A stretch of 64,000 bases of DNA from the NCBI GenBank assembly GCA_027492585.1, contig JAPUEK010000054.1:3485-67484 (forward strand), written 5' to 3'. Positions 38,610 to 48,022 of this stretch are shown here, one piece after another (positions within the stretch are counted from its first letter, which is position 1; each line of letters starts with the position of its first letter). Source of the DNA: Paracoccaceae bacterium (GTDB taxonomy: Bacteria; Pseudomonadota; Alphaproteobacteria; Rhodobacterales; Rhodobacteraceae). Both the position numbers and the translations under genes were made by a program. The notes beneath the pieces are model-generated. The model was not told the origin of the DNA. It worked only from the letters and a program-made list of their open reading frames with translations, and made no database searches.

Positions 38610-39359
38610 ATGCGGCTTTTCGATCTGACCGGGCGGCGGGCGCTGATCACCGGAGCTTCGCAGGGGATCGGCTATGCCTTGGCCAAGGGGCTGGCGGAAG
38701 CCGGGGCGGAGGTGGTGCTGAACGGCCGCGATCCGCTGCGGCTGGCAGAGGCGGCGGCGGCGATCCCGCAGGCGCGCGCCCTCGCCTTCGACGTGACCGA
38801 TCATGACGCCGCCCGTGCGGCCGTGGACGGGTTCGAGGCGGAAGTCGGGCCGATCGACATTCTGGTGAACAATGCCGGGATGCAGCATCGCGGCCCGCTC
38901 GAAGACTTTCCCGCCGAGGCCTTCGAGCGGCTTTTGCAGACCAATATCGCCAGCGTCTTCCATGTCGGGCAGGCGGTGGCGCGGCATATGATCGGGCGGC
39001 GGGCGGGGCGGATCATCAACATCGCCTCGGTGCAGACGGCCCTCGCCCGGCCCTCCATCGCGCCCTATACGGCGACGAAGGGGGCGGTCGGCAATCTGAC
39101 CAAGGGCATGGCGACCGATTGGGCGCGCCACGGGCTCACCTGCAACGCCATCGCGCCGGGTTATTTCGAGACCCCGCTCAACGCCGCGCTGATGGCGGAT
39201 GAGGACTTCTGCCGCTGGCTCGAAAAGCGCACCCCGGCGGGGCGCTGGGGCAGGGTGGAGGAACTGGTCGGCGCCTGCATCTTCCTCGCCTCGGATGCGG
39301 CGAGTTTTGTGAACGGCCATATCCTTTATGTCGATGGCGGATTGACGGTGTCGCTATGA
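38610..39359 (+). CDS. idnO: SDR, gluconate 5-dehydrogenase-like
   Basis: 249 aa, colinear with my memory of E. coli IdnO (ITGASQGIG, NNAG, YTATKGAV, FVNGH..YVDGG). 4-nt overlap with the gluconokinase gene. Confidence 0.75.
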   Translation: MRLFDLTGRRALITGASQGIGYALAKGLAEAGAEVVLNGRDPLRLAEAAAAIPQARALAFDVTDHDAARAAVDGFEAEVGPIDILVNNAGMQHRGPLEDFPAEAFERLLQTNIASVFHVGQAVARHMIGRRAGRIINIASVQTALARPSIAPYTATKGAVGNLTKGMATDWARHGLTCNAIAPGYFETPLNAALMADEDFCRWLEKRTPAGRWGRVEELVGACIFLASDAASFVNGHILYVDGGLTVSL

Positions 39360-39871
39360 GCCTTCGGATGATCCTGATGGGAGTGGCGGGCTGCGGCAAG
39401 TCGAGCGTCGGCGAGGCTTTGGCGCAGCAGCTCGGCGTGCCTTACCGCGACGGCGATGACCTGCATCCCGCCGCCAATGTCGCCAAGATGCGCGCCGGTG
39501 CGCCGCTGACCGATGAAGACCGCTGGCCCTGGCTCGACCTCGTGGCGGCGGAGCTGGCGGCCCATGCACCGCTGATCATCGGCTGTTCGGCGCTGAAGCG
39601 CGCCTATCGGGACCGGCTGAGAGCGGGGGCGGGTGGGCCGCTGCGCTTCGTCTTTCTTGACGGCAGCCGGGAGCTGATCGCCGCCCGAATGGGCGCGCGG
39701 CAGGGGCATTACATGCCGCTTTCGCTGCTCGACAGCCAGTTCGCGGCCTTGGAGCCACCGGGGCCGGAGGAGGCGCTGCGCGTTTCTATCGACCAGCCGC
39801 TTGCCGGTCTGGTGGCAGAGATCGTTCATGGTCTTTCATCGACCCTTTCGCCGGATCTTCCGGCGGGCTGA
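39356..39871 (+). CDS. gntK: gluconokinase
   Basis: 171 aa. P-loop GVAGCGKSSVG and the GntK signature GDDLHPAANVAKM..G.PLTDEDRWPWL. Confidence 0.88.
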   Translation: MSLRMILMGVAGCGKSSVGEALAQQLGVPYRDGDDLHPAANVAKMRAGAPLTDEDRWPWLDLVAAELAAHAPLIIGCSALKRAYRDRLRAGAGGPLRFVFLDGSRELIAARMGARQGHYMPLSLLDSQFAALEPPGPEEALRVSIDQPLAGLVAEIVHGLSSTLSPDLPAG

Positions 39872-39928
39872 GCCGAGGTTTTCGGGTTTCTGCCGTTGCG
39901 AAATCCGGGATAGGGTGGGGATGCCCCC

Positions 39929-40528
39929 GTGAAAGGTCGCCTGATGCCGCAATCCGCCTCCCCTATGCCCGCCCGCCTGACGGTGGCGCTTGCCGCCATA
40001 GACGCCGCCAATGCCGCCGATCCGACGCTGGAGGAAGGCCGCCCCGCGGCCCTCCTTTACGGGGAACGGATGAGCGCGGAGCTGGCCCGGCTGGTGCCGG
40101 ACGCCTCGGACCTTCTGCGGATCGCGGCGCGGGGGCAGCATGTGGAACGCTGGCTCCTGCCGCGGTCCGACTATCCGCAGGGCAAGGAGGGCTATCTTGC
40201 CTGGCGGCGCGAGCAGGGGCGCCGGCACGCGGATCGGGTGGCCGGGATCATGGCGGAAGCCGGTTATGACGCGGCCGACTGCATCCGGATCGGGGCCTTG
40301 CTCCGCAAGGAGGGGATCAAGCGCGACGCCGAGGTGCAGGCGCTGGAGGATGTGATCTGCTTCGTCTTCATCCGCTGGTATTTCGCGGATTTCGCCGCCA
40401 CCCGCGACATGGAGTCGGTGCTCGATATCGTCCGCAAGACGGCACGGAAGATGTCGGAGGGCGCACGGACGCGGGCCTTGCAGGACTTCGCCCTGCCGGA
40501 GCCGCTGGCTGCGGCCTTCGCTTCCTGA
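39929..40528 (+). CDS. DUF4202 domain protein
   Basis: 199 aa (GTG start; ATG at 39944 is an alternative). The central segment YGERMS..L.....DLLRIAARGQHVERW...RSDYPQGKEGYLAWR matches my memory of DUF4202. Confidence 0.6.
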   Translation: MKGRLMPQSASPMPARLTVALAAIDAANAADPTLEEGRPAALLYGERMSAELARLVPDASDLLRIAARGQHVERWLLPRSDYPQGKEGYLAWRREQGRRHADRVAGIMAEAGYDAADCIRIGALLRKEGIKRDAEVQALEDVICFVFIRWYFADFAATRDMESVLDIVRKTARKMSEGARTRALQDFALPEPLAAAFAS

Positions 40529-40702
40529 AACCTGTCACGAAGCCGTCACGAAGCCGTCATGGGGACGGGTTAGCGGGCTTCTCCGGGCCTTGCGCCCCGT
40601 TCGGGGCTTGTGGTGGCGCGGCGTCTGTCCGAAGAGGAGGTGTCGCTCCGGCCGCGTCCGGGGCTCCTGGTCCATGGGGCGCATGTCATCGGAGGTGTGA
40701 AC

Positions 40703-41653
40703 ATGATCTTTGGCTATGCTGCCGATGGCGCGAAACTCCGCCAGCTTCCGGCTGGCTTCGATCCCGCCGAGGCGATCTGGATCGACCTTTACCGCCCGAT
40801 GCCCGAGCAGGTGAACCTCGTGCGGCAGCTTGGCGTCGATGTGCCGACGCTGGCCGACATGGAGGAGATCGAGATCTCCAACCGGCTCTACCGCGAGGAC
40901 GGGGCGGATTATCTGACCGTGGTGCTGCCGGGCCTGTCGGAAACCCGAAACCCGATCAGCGGACCGATCTGCTTCGTGCTGATGCCGAACCGGCTGGTGA
41001 CGGTGCGCCACCATGCCCCGCGCCCGTTCGAGACTTATCCGACGCGGGCCGACAAGGTGGGGCCGGGCTGCTCTGATCCGAAGCGGCTGTTCCTGTCGCT
41101 GGTGGAGGAGATCGTCGGTCGCCTCGCCGATCTGCTCGAAGGGGCGGGGCGCTCGCTCGACGAGATTTCCACCCGTGTCTTCCATGCCGGGGACAACGAT
41201 CAGGACCTGTCGGAGGCGCTGCGGGCGGTGTCGCGCGAATCCGATCTGATCAGCAAGGTGCGGCTGTCGCTGCTGACGCTGGAACGGGCGATCAGCTACT
41301 TCGGGCAATCACTGGGCGAGGGGGCGGGCGATGCGCTGCGCCCGGTGGTCAAGGGGCTGATGCGCGATCTTCAGGCGCTGGAGGTCCATGGCGATTTCCT
41401 GACCAACCGCATCGCCATGACCTCCGACCTGACGCTCGGCCTGATCTCGGTGGCGCAGAATACCACGGTGAAGATCGTCTCGGTCGTGGCGGTGATCTTC
41501 CTGCCGCCGACGGTGATCGCCTCGGCCTATGGCATGAACTTCGCCAACATGCCGGAGCTGAGCTGGCAATTCGGCTATCCGATGGCTCTGGCGCTGATGG
41601 TGGCTTCGGCGGTCGGTACCTTCCTTTTCTTCAAGTGGAAGCGCTGGTTGTGA
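40703..41653 (+). CDS. corA: magnesium/cobalt transporter CorA
   Basis: ATG 40703 is preceded by GGAGG. YGMNF (GMN) motif and two C-terminal TM helices. Confidence 0.9.
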   Translation: MIFGYAADGAKLRQLPAGFDPAEAIWIDLYRPMPEQVNLVRQLGVDVPTLADMEEIEISNRLYREDGADYLTVVLPGLSETRNPISGPICFVLMPNRLVTVRHHAPRPFETYPTRADKVGPGCSDPKRLFLSLVEEIVGRLADLLEGAGRSLDEISTRVFHAGDNDQDLSEALRAVSRESDLISKVRLSLLTLERAISYFGQSLGEGAGDALRPVVKGLMRDLQALEVHGDFLTNRIAMTSDLTLGLISVAQNTTVKIVSVVAVIFLPPTVIASAYGMNFANMPELSWQFGYPMALALMVASAVGTFLFFKWKRWL

Positions 41654-41734
41654 TCACAGGCGCCGAGGCCCCCTTGCCACGGCCCGCGCTTTCGTCCTTC
41701 TTGAGCGCCGAGAGCGCTGGAGGAGGAGGTTGCC

Positions 41735-42613
41735 ATGACGATCCTGAATCTCGGGTCCCTGAACTGGGACCGGATCTACCGACTGCCCCATTTGCCGATG
41801 GCGGGAGAGACGATTTCCTCGCAGGAGACGCTGGTGGGCCTCGGCGGCAAGGGGCTGAACCAGTCCGTCGCCCTGACCCGTGCGGGGGGGCATGTCCGCC
41901 ATGTCGGTGCGATCAGCGCGCAGGATGGGGCGATGCGGGCCGCGCTCGACGGTTTCGGGCTGGACCATTCGCATGTCGTGGGGGTCGATGGGGTGGAGAC
42001 GGGGACCGCGCTCATCCTGATCGACGCGCAGGCGGAGAATTGCATCGTCCTCGACCCCGGTGCGAACCGGCATATCCCGGAAGGCGCCTTCCGCGCGACG
42101 CTGGCGCAATGCCGCGCCGGCGACTGGTTTCTGGCGCAGAACGAGACGAACCTTCTGGCCGAAGGCATGGCGGCGGCACGGGCGGCGGGGTTGAAAATCG
42201 CCTTCGTGCCGGCGCCGTTCGATGCGGTCTCGGCCGTGCCTCTGCTGCCGCTCGTTGATCTGCTGTCGCTGAATGCGGTGGAATTCGACCAGCTTTGCGC
42301 GGCGCTCGGCGGGGCGGAGCATCTGCCGAAGACCCTTGCCCTGCTGATCACCCGCGGGGCGGAGGGCGCGGAATATCTGGAGGGCGGCCGTCGCATCACC
42401 CAACCCGCCTTCAGGGTGGAGCCGGTCGATACCACGGGGGCCGGCGATACGTTCATGGGCTATTTCCTCGCCCTGCGGGATGGCGGTGCCGGAGTGGAGG
42501 AGGCGCTGCGTCATGCCAGTGCCGCGGCGGCCCTTCAGGTCACACGGCTCGGCGCGGCAGGCGCGATCCCCTCCCTTGCCGAAGTGAGGACCTTTCTGGA
42601 GAGCCGTTCGTGA
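41735..42613 (+). CDS. rbsK: ribokinase (PfkB family)
   Basis: 292 aa. GGKGLNQ, the NE motif region (AQNETN) and DTTGAGDTF. Confidence 0.8.
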   Translation: MTILNLGSLNWDRIYRLPHLPMAGETISSQETLVGLGGKGLNQSVALTRAGGHVRHVGAISAQDGAMRAALDGFGLDHSHVVGVDGVETGTALILIDAQAENCIVLDPGANRHIPEGAFRATLAQCRAGDWFLAQNETNLLAEGMAAARAAGLKIAFVPAPFDAVSAVPLLPLVDLLSLNAVEFDQLCAALGGAEHLPKTLALLITRGAEGAEYLEGGRRITQPAFRVEPVDTTGAGDTFMGYFLALRDGGAGVEEALRHASAAAALQVTRLGAAGAIPSLAEVRTFLESRS

Positions 42614-43536
42614 AGATCATCATCGACACCGACCCCGGCATCGACGACGCGCTGGCGCTTTTCTACGCCTTCGGCTGCGGGAGGTTCGAGATCCTGGGCC
42701 TCACCGCCGTCTTCGGCAATGTGACGGTGGATCAGGCCACCGAAAACGCCATCTGGCTCTGCGAGGTCTCGGGGCAGGGGCAGATCCCGGTGGCGCGGGG
42801 CTGTGCGGCGCCGAAAAGCCCGATCACCCATCACCCGACCGTCGCCGTCCATGGTCCGAACGGGTTCGGCGCGCTGTCGCGGCGGGAGGTGCGCGGCAAG
42901 GCCCTTGCCGAGGATGCCGCCGATTTCCTGATCCGCCAGACCCGAGAGGCGCCGGGCGAGGTGGTCGTGGTGGCGCTCGGCCCGCTGACCAATATCGCCG
43001 AGGCGTTGCAGCGCGATCCGGGCTTTGCGGACCGGATCGCCCATCTCTACATCATGGGCGGGGCGTTCCGCGCACCGGGCAATGTCACGCGCTTTGCGGA
43101 GGCGAATATCCACAATGACCCGATGTCGGCCGATCTCGTCGCACGCGGGATCGCCAAGGCGACCTGGGTCGGGCTGGACGTGACGGACAAGATCGTTCTG
43201 TCGCCCGCCGATCTTGCGGCGCTTTGTGCGCCGGGAACGGAAACCTGCCGCTTCATCGCGGCGATCTCGGATTACTATCTGAAGTTCTATGCCTCGGTCG
43301 GCAAGACCGATGGGGCGGGACTGCATGATCCGGTCACGCTGATCGCCTGCCTGATGCCGGAGCTGTTCGACCTGCCGACCGGCGATCTGACCGTCACCCA
43401 TGACGGCGCGGAGCGCGGGCGGACGAACTGGACCCCCTCCGCCCATCCGCTGCGAGTCTCGACCGGCGCCGACGGGTCGGCGGTACGGGCGGAGTTCCTC
43501 TCCGTGCTGACGGAATGGCTGAAGACCCGACCCTAG
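42610..43536 (+). CDS. nucleoside hydrolase (IUNH family)
   Basis: GTG 42610 forms a GTGA overlap with the rbsK stop. N-terminal signature IIIDTDPGIDDALAL. Confidence 0.88.
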   Translation: MKIIIDTDPGIDDALALFYAFGCGRFEILGLTAVFGNVTVDQATENAIWLCEVSGQGQIPVARGCAAPKSPITHHPTVAVHGPNGFGALSRREVRGKALAEDAADFLIRQTREAPGEVVVVALGPLTNIAEALQRDPGFADRIAHLYIMGGAFRAPGNVTRFAEANIHNDPMSADLVARGIAKATWVGLDVTDKIVLSPADLAALCAPGTETCRFIAAISDYYLKFYASVGKTDGAGLHDPVTLIACLMPELFDLPTGDLTVTHDGAERGRTNWTPSAHPLRVSTGADGSAVRAEFLSVLTEWLKTRP

Positions 43537-43564
43537 GCGGCTTCGGTGGGCGGTGCGCCTCCGG

Positions 43565-43669
43565 CAGGCGCCGGAGGGGCTTTGCACCCCTCCCCCATGC
43601 CCCCGGTCCCATGAACCGATGGCGAAACCGATGGCAAACCCGCAGGATATTTCAAGACAGAAATGAAGG
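43565..43669 (+). repeat. Family B repeat, copy B4 (long form with an internal 12-nt duplication)
   Basis: caggcgccggaggggctttgcacccctcc..., then aaccgatggcga / aaccgatggcaa (tandem duplication), then acccgcaggatatttcaagacagaaatgaagg. Confidence 0.85.
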
Positions 43670-43865
43670 CTCAGGGAGCCGGGTGGGCATCTGGCCCGCA
43701 GAATGATTGGCGGTCGGCCGGGGTTCCGGGTCCGGGGTAAATCCTGTCCATTCCGGGTCTTCGGGCGGGAAAGGCGGCATTTCGCGCCTGATCGGCGCCG
43801 GTGTCCCGAGAAGGAATAGGTCCGATTTCCCGCCGCGACGCGGAGGTCCTTTCCCTCCCGCGCGC

Positions 43866-44089
43866 CCGGACGACTGGCGCGCTCCAATCCTGGCCGGGCG
43901 TCTTCCGCGCGCCCTTTCCGCTTTTTTGAAGCGCGGGAAGGGACCGCGGCAGGCATCATTGCGCCCAGCCGATCCTGCGCCGCTTCGGAGGCAAGACGAC
44001 GGTGCGGCCCGCTCTCCTTCTACAACACCCGCGAGGAGGTGGACCGCTTCATTGCGGTGATCCGGAGCCTCTCTGCCATGCGGCGCTGA
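43866..44089 (+). pseudogene. decayed 3' remnant of a SufS/CsdA-type cysteine desulfurase (class V aminotransferase)
   Basis: 43954-44017 reads HHCAQPILRRFGGKTTVRPAL. After a +1 frame change, 44018-44089 reads FYNTREEVDRFIAVIRSLSAMRR-stop. Together these reproduce the conserved SufS C-terminus (GHHCAQP...RASxxxYNTxEEVD). Weaker frame-broken similarity (PDD...IL..GVFRA) extends upstream. No intact N-terminal part exists. The 5' boundary is uncertain. Confidence 0.65.
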
Positions 44090-44468
44090 GCCGAGGGGAA
44101 GGGGGCGGAATGTCGGCGGGGAAACCTGCCGGCCTTCGGTATTCCGGGCTGCGATTCTGGCGGGTGATTTGGCGGGACGGCGCGCAGAGCTGCGGCAGGT
44201 GAGATTTTCTCTGCGGGCGCTCTGCCGCGAAAGGAGGTATTTCCTGCAACCCTGCGGCGAAGAACGGCTCTGTCGTATGGGGAAGAAACCTTCTGTGCCG
44301 CGCAGGAATTCTGGCCAGAGTCCGAAGAAAAATCTTTCACAAACCGGGCCTTGCGCCAAAGGCTGCCGCTCGATCCCCGGCAAAATAAGAAGCCCTGTTT
44401 CCTTGCGTCCCGGCTTTATATCGACTGAACTGATCGTGATTAAAAGCCGAGCAGTTCGATCAAGCAGG

Positions 44469-45476
44469 ATGCCCAAAATGCCCTATCGCATCTCCCTCCT
44501 GGACAAGAGCCCAGTCCCCGATGGCGCCACCGCCGCCGAAGCCCTCGCCACCTCTGTCGCCTATGCACAGGCGGCGGAGCGGCTGGGATATCACCGGCTC
44601 TGGGTGGCCGAGCATCACGGTACGCCGGGGCTTGCCAGCTCTGCGCCGGAGATCGTGGTGGCGCATCTTCTCGCGGCCACCCGGCACATACGCGTCGGCA
44701 CGGGCGGGGTGCTGTTGCAGCATTACAGCCCCTTCAAGGTGGCGGAGGTCTTTGGCCTGCTGGCCTCGCTGGCGCCGGGGCGGGTCGATCTGGGCATCGG
44801 AAAGGCGCCGGGCGGGCTGCCCTTCGGCACCCGCGCCTTGCAGGTGGAGCTCGCCCAGCCGCGCCGCACCTTCGAGACCAAGCTGGAGGAGCTGGAGCAG
44901 TTCCTGACCGCCAGCCTGCCGGAGAGCCATCCGCTTGCCGGGGCCGTCGCGCTGCCGCGCCCGCCGGTTCTGCCGCAGCGCTTCCTGCTCGGCGCCTCGC
45001 CCGACAGCGCGCTTCTGGCCGCGCGGCTCGGCTGGGATTTCACCTATGCCGGCCATCATGACGGCGCTCCCGAAGCGGTCGCCCTTGCGCTTGGCACCTA
45101 TGAGAAGGCCTCGGGCCGCAAGGCCTCGCTGGCGCTGGCCGCGATCATCGCGCCGACGCGGGCCGAGGCGGAGGCGGAAGGGGCGGAGCAGCGCATCCTG
45201 AAGGTGACGCTGGCCGACGGGCAAAGCGTCAACCTGCCGAACGAGGAAGCCGCCGCCGAATACGCCCGGCAGGCGGGGGGCCAGCCCTATACGGTGGCCG
45301 CCCGTCATCCTTCGGTGCTTGCCGGCACCGGCGAGGACGTGCGTGCCGCACTCGACGCGCTGCACCGCCGGCACGGTGTGGTGGAATTCATCCTCGACAT
45401 TCCCACGGCCGACCGGGCGAAGCGGCTGGCCGGGATCGAGCTTTTGGCCAAGGCCGGCCTGCGCGCCGCTGCCTGA
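44469..45476 (+). CDS. LLM-class flavin-dependent oxidoreductase (luciferase-like, group 1 / YhbW-like)
   Basis: Start at ATG 44469 or 44478. ISLLDKSPV...[29 protein letters not shown]...[41 protein letters not shown] matches the group-1 LLM N-terminal signature. Confidence 0.85.
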   Translation: MPKMPYRISLLDKSPVPDGATAAEALATSVAYAQAAERLGYHRLWVAEHHGTPGLASSAPEIVVAHLLAATRHIRVGTGGVLLQHYSPFKVAEVFGLLASLAPGRVDLGIGKAPGGLPFGTRALQVELAQPRRTFETKLEELEQFLTASLPESHPLAGAVALPRPPVLPQRFLLGASPDSALLAARLGWDFTYAGHHDGAPEAVALALGTYEKASGRKASLALAAIIAPTRAEAEAEGAEQRILKVTLADGQSVNLPNEEAAAEYARQAGGQPYTVAARHPSVLAGTGEDVRAALDALHRRHGVVEFILDIPTADRAKRLAGIELLAKAGLRAAA

Positions 45477-45490
45477 AACGGAGACAGATC

Positions 45491-46828
45491 ATGACGAACA
45501 CCATCCCCTTCGGTCTCATGCTGCACGGCCCCGGCGGCCATATGAATGCGTGGAAGCATCCTTCCGGCCCCGCCGATGCCTCGGTCAACCTGCAGTTCTA
45601 CATCGACACGGCGCAGAAGGCCGAAGCGGCGGGCATCGCCTTCGGCTTCGTGGCGGACGGGCTTTACATCAATGAAAAGTCGATCCCGCATTTCCTCAAC
45701 CGCTTCGAGCCGTTGACGATCCTGTCGGCCCTTGCGGTGGCGACGAAGAAGATCGGCCTCGCCGGAACGGTGTCCACCAGCTATTCCGACCCCTTCACCA
45801 TCGCCCGGCAATTCGCCTCGCTCGATCTGATTTCGGGCGGGCGGGCCGGGTGGAACGTGGTGACGACCCCGCTGGAGGGCAGCGCCCGCAACTATTCCCG
45901 CGCCCATCCCGATCATGCGCTGCGCTATGAGATCGCCGATGAATACCTCGCGGTCACGCAGGGGCTTTGGGACAGCTGGGACGAGGGCGCCGTGACCCGC
46001 AACCGGGAGACCGGGCAGTTCTTCGACCCCGCCGGGCTCCACCGGCTGAACCACAAGGGCCGCTTCTTTGCCGTGGAAGGGCCGCTGAACGCCCCGCGGT
46101 CGGCGCAGGGGCAGCCGGTGATCTTCCAGGCGGGGGCTTCGGGTGCCGGGATCGCCCTGGCCGGGAAGTATGCCGATGCGGTCTTCACCCATTCGGATTC
46201 GCTTGAGGAAACCATCGCCTACACCCGCAAGGTCAAGGATGCCGCGCAGGCCCATGGCCGCGCCCGCGACGATGTGAAGGTCTTCCCCGGCATCGGCCCC
46301 ATCGTCGGCCGCACCCGCGCCGAGGCGGAGGCGAAATATGAGGCGATCCGCAATCTGCTGAGCGTGGACGAGGCGCTCGCCTATCTCGGCCGCTATTTCG
46401 AGCATCACGATTTCAGCCAGTATGATCTGGATGCGGCCTTCCCCGATCTGGGCGATCTCGGCCGCAACAGCTTCCAGTCCACCACCGACCGCATCAAGGC
46501 GGATGCGAAGGAGCACGGCAAGACCCTGCGCGACGTGGCGCTGGAGGCGGCCTCGCCCCGGCCGCATTTCCTTGGAACCGGGGCGGAGGTGGCCGAAGAG
46601 ATCATCCGCTGGATCGACGCCGGGGCTTCCGACGGCTTTATCCTCGGCTTTGCGGTGCAGGCCGAGGGGCTGGAGGATTTCATCACCCTCGTCGTGCCGG
46701 AACTGGAGGCGCGGGGCCGCTACAGCCGCGATCTGCCCGGCGCCACCCTGCGCGACCATCTCGGCCTGCCCTTCCGGGTCAGCCATCATCAGGCCGGGCA
46801 AAGCGCTTCGGCCACAGCGGCGGAGTAG
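45491..46828 (+). CDS. NtaA/SnaA/DszA-family FMNH2-dependent monooxygenase (LLM class)
   Basis: 445 aa. N-terminus [18 protein letters not shown] and the overall length are typical of the NTA-monooxygenase/DszA/YxeK family. Confidence 0.85.
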   Translation: MTNTIPFGLMLHGPGGHMNAWKHPSGPADASVNLQFYIDTAQKAEAAGIAFGFVADGLYINEKSIPHFLNRFEPLTILSALAVATKKIGLAGTVSTSYSDPFTIARQFASLDLISGGRAGWNVVTTPLEGSARNYSRAHPDHALRYEIADEYLAVTQGLWDSWDEGAVTRNRETGQFFDPAGLHRLNHKGRFFAVEGPLNAPRSAQGQPVIFQAGASGAGIALAGKYADAVFTHSDSLEETIAYTRKVKDAAQAHGRARDDVKVFPGIGPIVGRTRAEAEAKYEAIRNLLSVDEALAYLGRYFEHHDFSQYDLDAAFPDLGDLGRNSFQSTTDRIKADAKEHGKTLRDVALEAASPRPHFLGTGAEVAEEIIRWIDAGASDGFILGFAVQAEGLEDFITLVVPELEARGRYSRDLPGATLRDHLGLPFRVSHHQAGQSASATAAE

Positions 46829-46831
46829 GCG

Positions 46832-48022
46832 ATGCTCGACAGGCTCACCCATACGTCCGACCCGGAGGCGGCGATTGCCGAGGGGATCGCCCCCTTCCTC
46901 GCGCTGCGCCGGGATCTGCACCGCAACCCGGAGCTTTCGGGCAGCGAAAGGCGCACGGCGGGGATCATCGCCGGGCTGCTGCGCGACTGGGGTTATGAGG
47001 TCACGACCGGCATCGGCGGGCATGGCGTGGTCGGGCGGCTCTCGGCGGGGGAAGGCACGCGCAGCATCGGCTTGCGAGCCGATTTCGATGCCTTGCCCAT
47101 CGAGGAGGCGACCGGGCTCGACCATGCCTCGCAAGTTCCGGGCGTCATGCACGCCTGCGGCCATGACGGGCATACGGCGATCCTGCTGGCCGCCGCCCAT
47201 CACCTCGCCAAAACCCGCGCCTTCGATGGCACGGTGGTGCTGATCTTCCAGCCCGCCGAAGAGATCGGCGCGGGCGCGAAGGCGATGATCGCCGAGGGGA
47301 TCTTCACGCGCTTTCCGGTGGATGCGGTCTTTGCGCTGCACAATTGGCCGGGGGTGGCGGAGGGCCGCTGGGGCATCCTGCCCGGCCCGGTCATGGCGGC
47401 GATTGATCAGGTCAACCTGACCCTGCGCGGCAAGGGCGGCCATGGCGCCGCCCCGCAGGAAACCGTGGACCCGATCGTGGCCGCCGCCCATGCGATCGCC
47501 GCGCTGCAATCGGTGGTGGCGCGCAATGTCGATCCGCAGGAAACGGCGGTGGTCACGGTCGGCTCCATCCACGGCGGCAGCGCCTCCAATGTCATCCCCG
47601 AGACGGTGGAGGCGCGCCTCACGCTCCGCAGCTTCACCCCGGCGACGCGCGCGCTTCTGGCGGAACGGGTGCCGGCCATCCTGCGCGGGGTGGCCGAGGG
47701 CTTCGGCGCCAGGGCGGAGATCACGGTGAAACCGGGCTTCCCGCCGGTCGTCAACCATGCCGGCCCCGCCGCCCTTGCCCGAGAGGTCGCTCTGCGGCTC
47801 TTCGGGGCGGAGGCGGTGATCGCCGATTTCCGCCCCCGCACTGCCAGCGAGGATTTCGCCTGGATGCTGGAGGAACGGCCCGGCGCCTATCTGTTCATCG
47901 GCACGGGGCCGGGCGCCCCGCTGCACAGCCCCGAATACCGCTTCAACGACGCCATTCTGGCACCCGCCGCCGCCTTCTGGGTGCGGCTGGCCGAAACCTT
48001 CCTGACCGGAGACGCGCGATGA
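46832..48022 (+). CDS. M20 family amidohydrolase (hippurate hydrolase / N-acyl-amino-acid deacylase type)
   Basis: 396 aa. Motifs MHACGHDGH and FQPAEE, and the M20D architecture. Confidence 0.88.
   Translation: MLDRLTHTSDPEAAIAEGIAPFLALRRDLHRNPELSGSERRTAGIIAGLLRDWGYEVTTGIGGHGVVGRLSAGEGTRSIGLRADFDALPIEEATGLDHASQVPGVMHACGHDGHTAILLAAAHHLAKTRAFDGTVVLIFQPAEEIGAGAKAMIAEGIFTRFPVDAVFALHNWPGVAEGRWGILPGPVMAAIDQVNLTLRGKGGHGAAPQETVDPIVAAAHAIAALQSVVARNVDPQETAVVTVGSIHGGSASNVIPETVEARLTLRSFTPATRALLAERVPAILRGVAEGFGARAEITVKPGFPPVVNHAGPAALAREVALRLFGAEAVIADFRPRTASEDFAWMLEERPGAYLFIGTGPGAPLHSPEYRFNDAILAPAAAFWVRLAETFLTGDAR

Noticed and set aside
44390-44450. SAM-II or other sulfur-related riboswitch in the leader of the LLM/ABC operon
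   Set aside because: Only a generic imperfect hairpin (GGCTTTA...TAAAAGCC) is visible. I cannot reproduce the pseudoknot consensus from memory with confidence. This needs cmscan before any claim.
44169-44468. In-frame 100-codon extension upstream of the first LLM gene (MAGRRAELRQ...MGKKPSVPRR...)
   Set aside because: Group-1 LLM proteins start right at the M..ISLLD segment. The extension has AT-rich third codon positions unlike genuine genes here, and no similarity to anything I recognise. It is treated as leader.
43652-44476. ORFs in the gene-free gap: 43652-44476 (-), 43707-44060 (+), 44002-44202 (+) and 44020-44340 (-)
   Set aside because: They have no family similarity and low-complexity composition. 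The only recognisable coding signal is the frame-broken SufS-like C-terminus, which crosses these frames.
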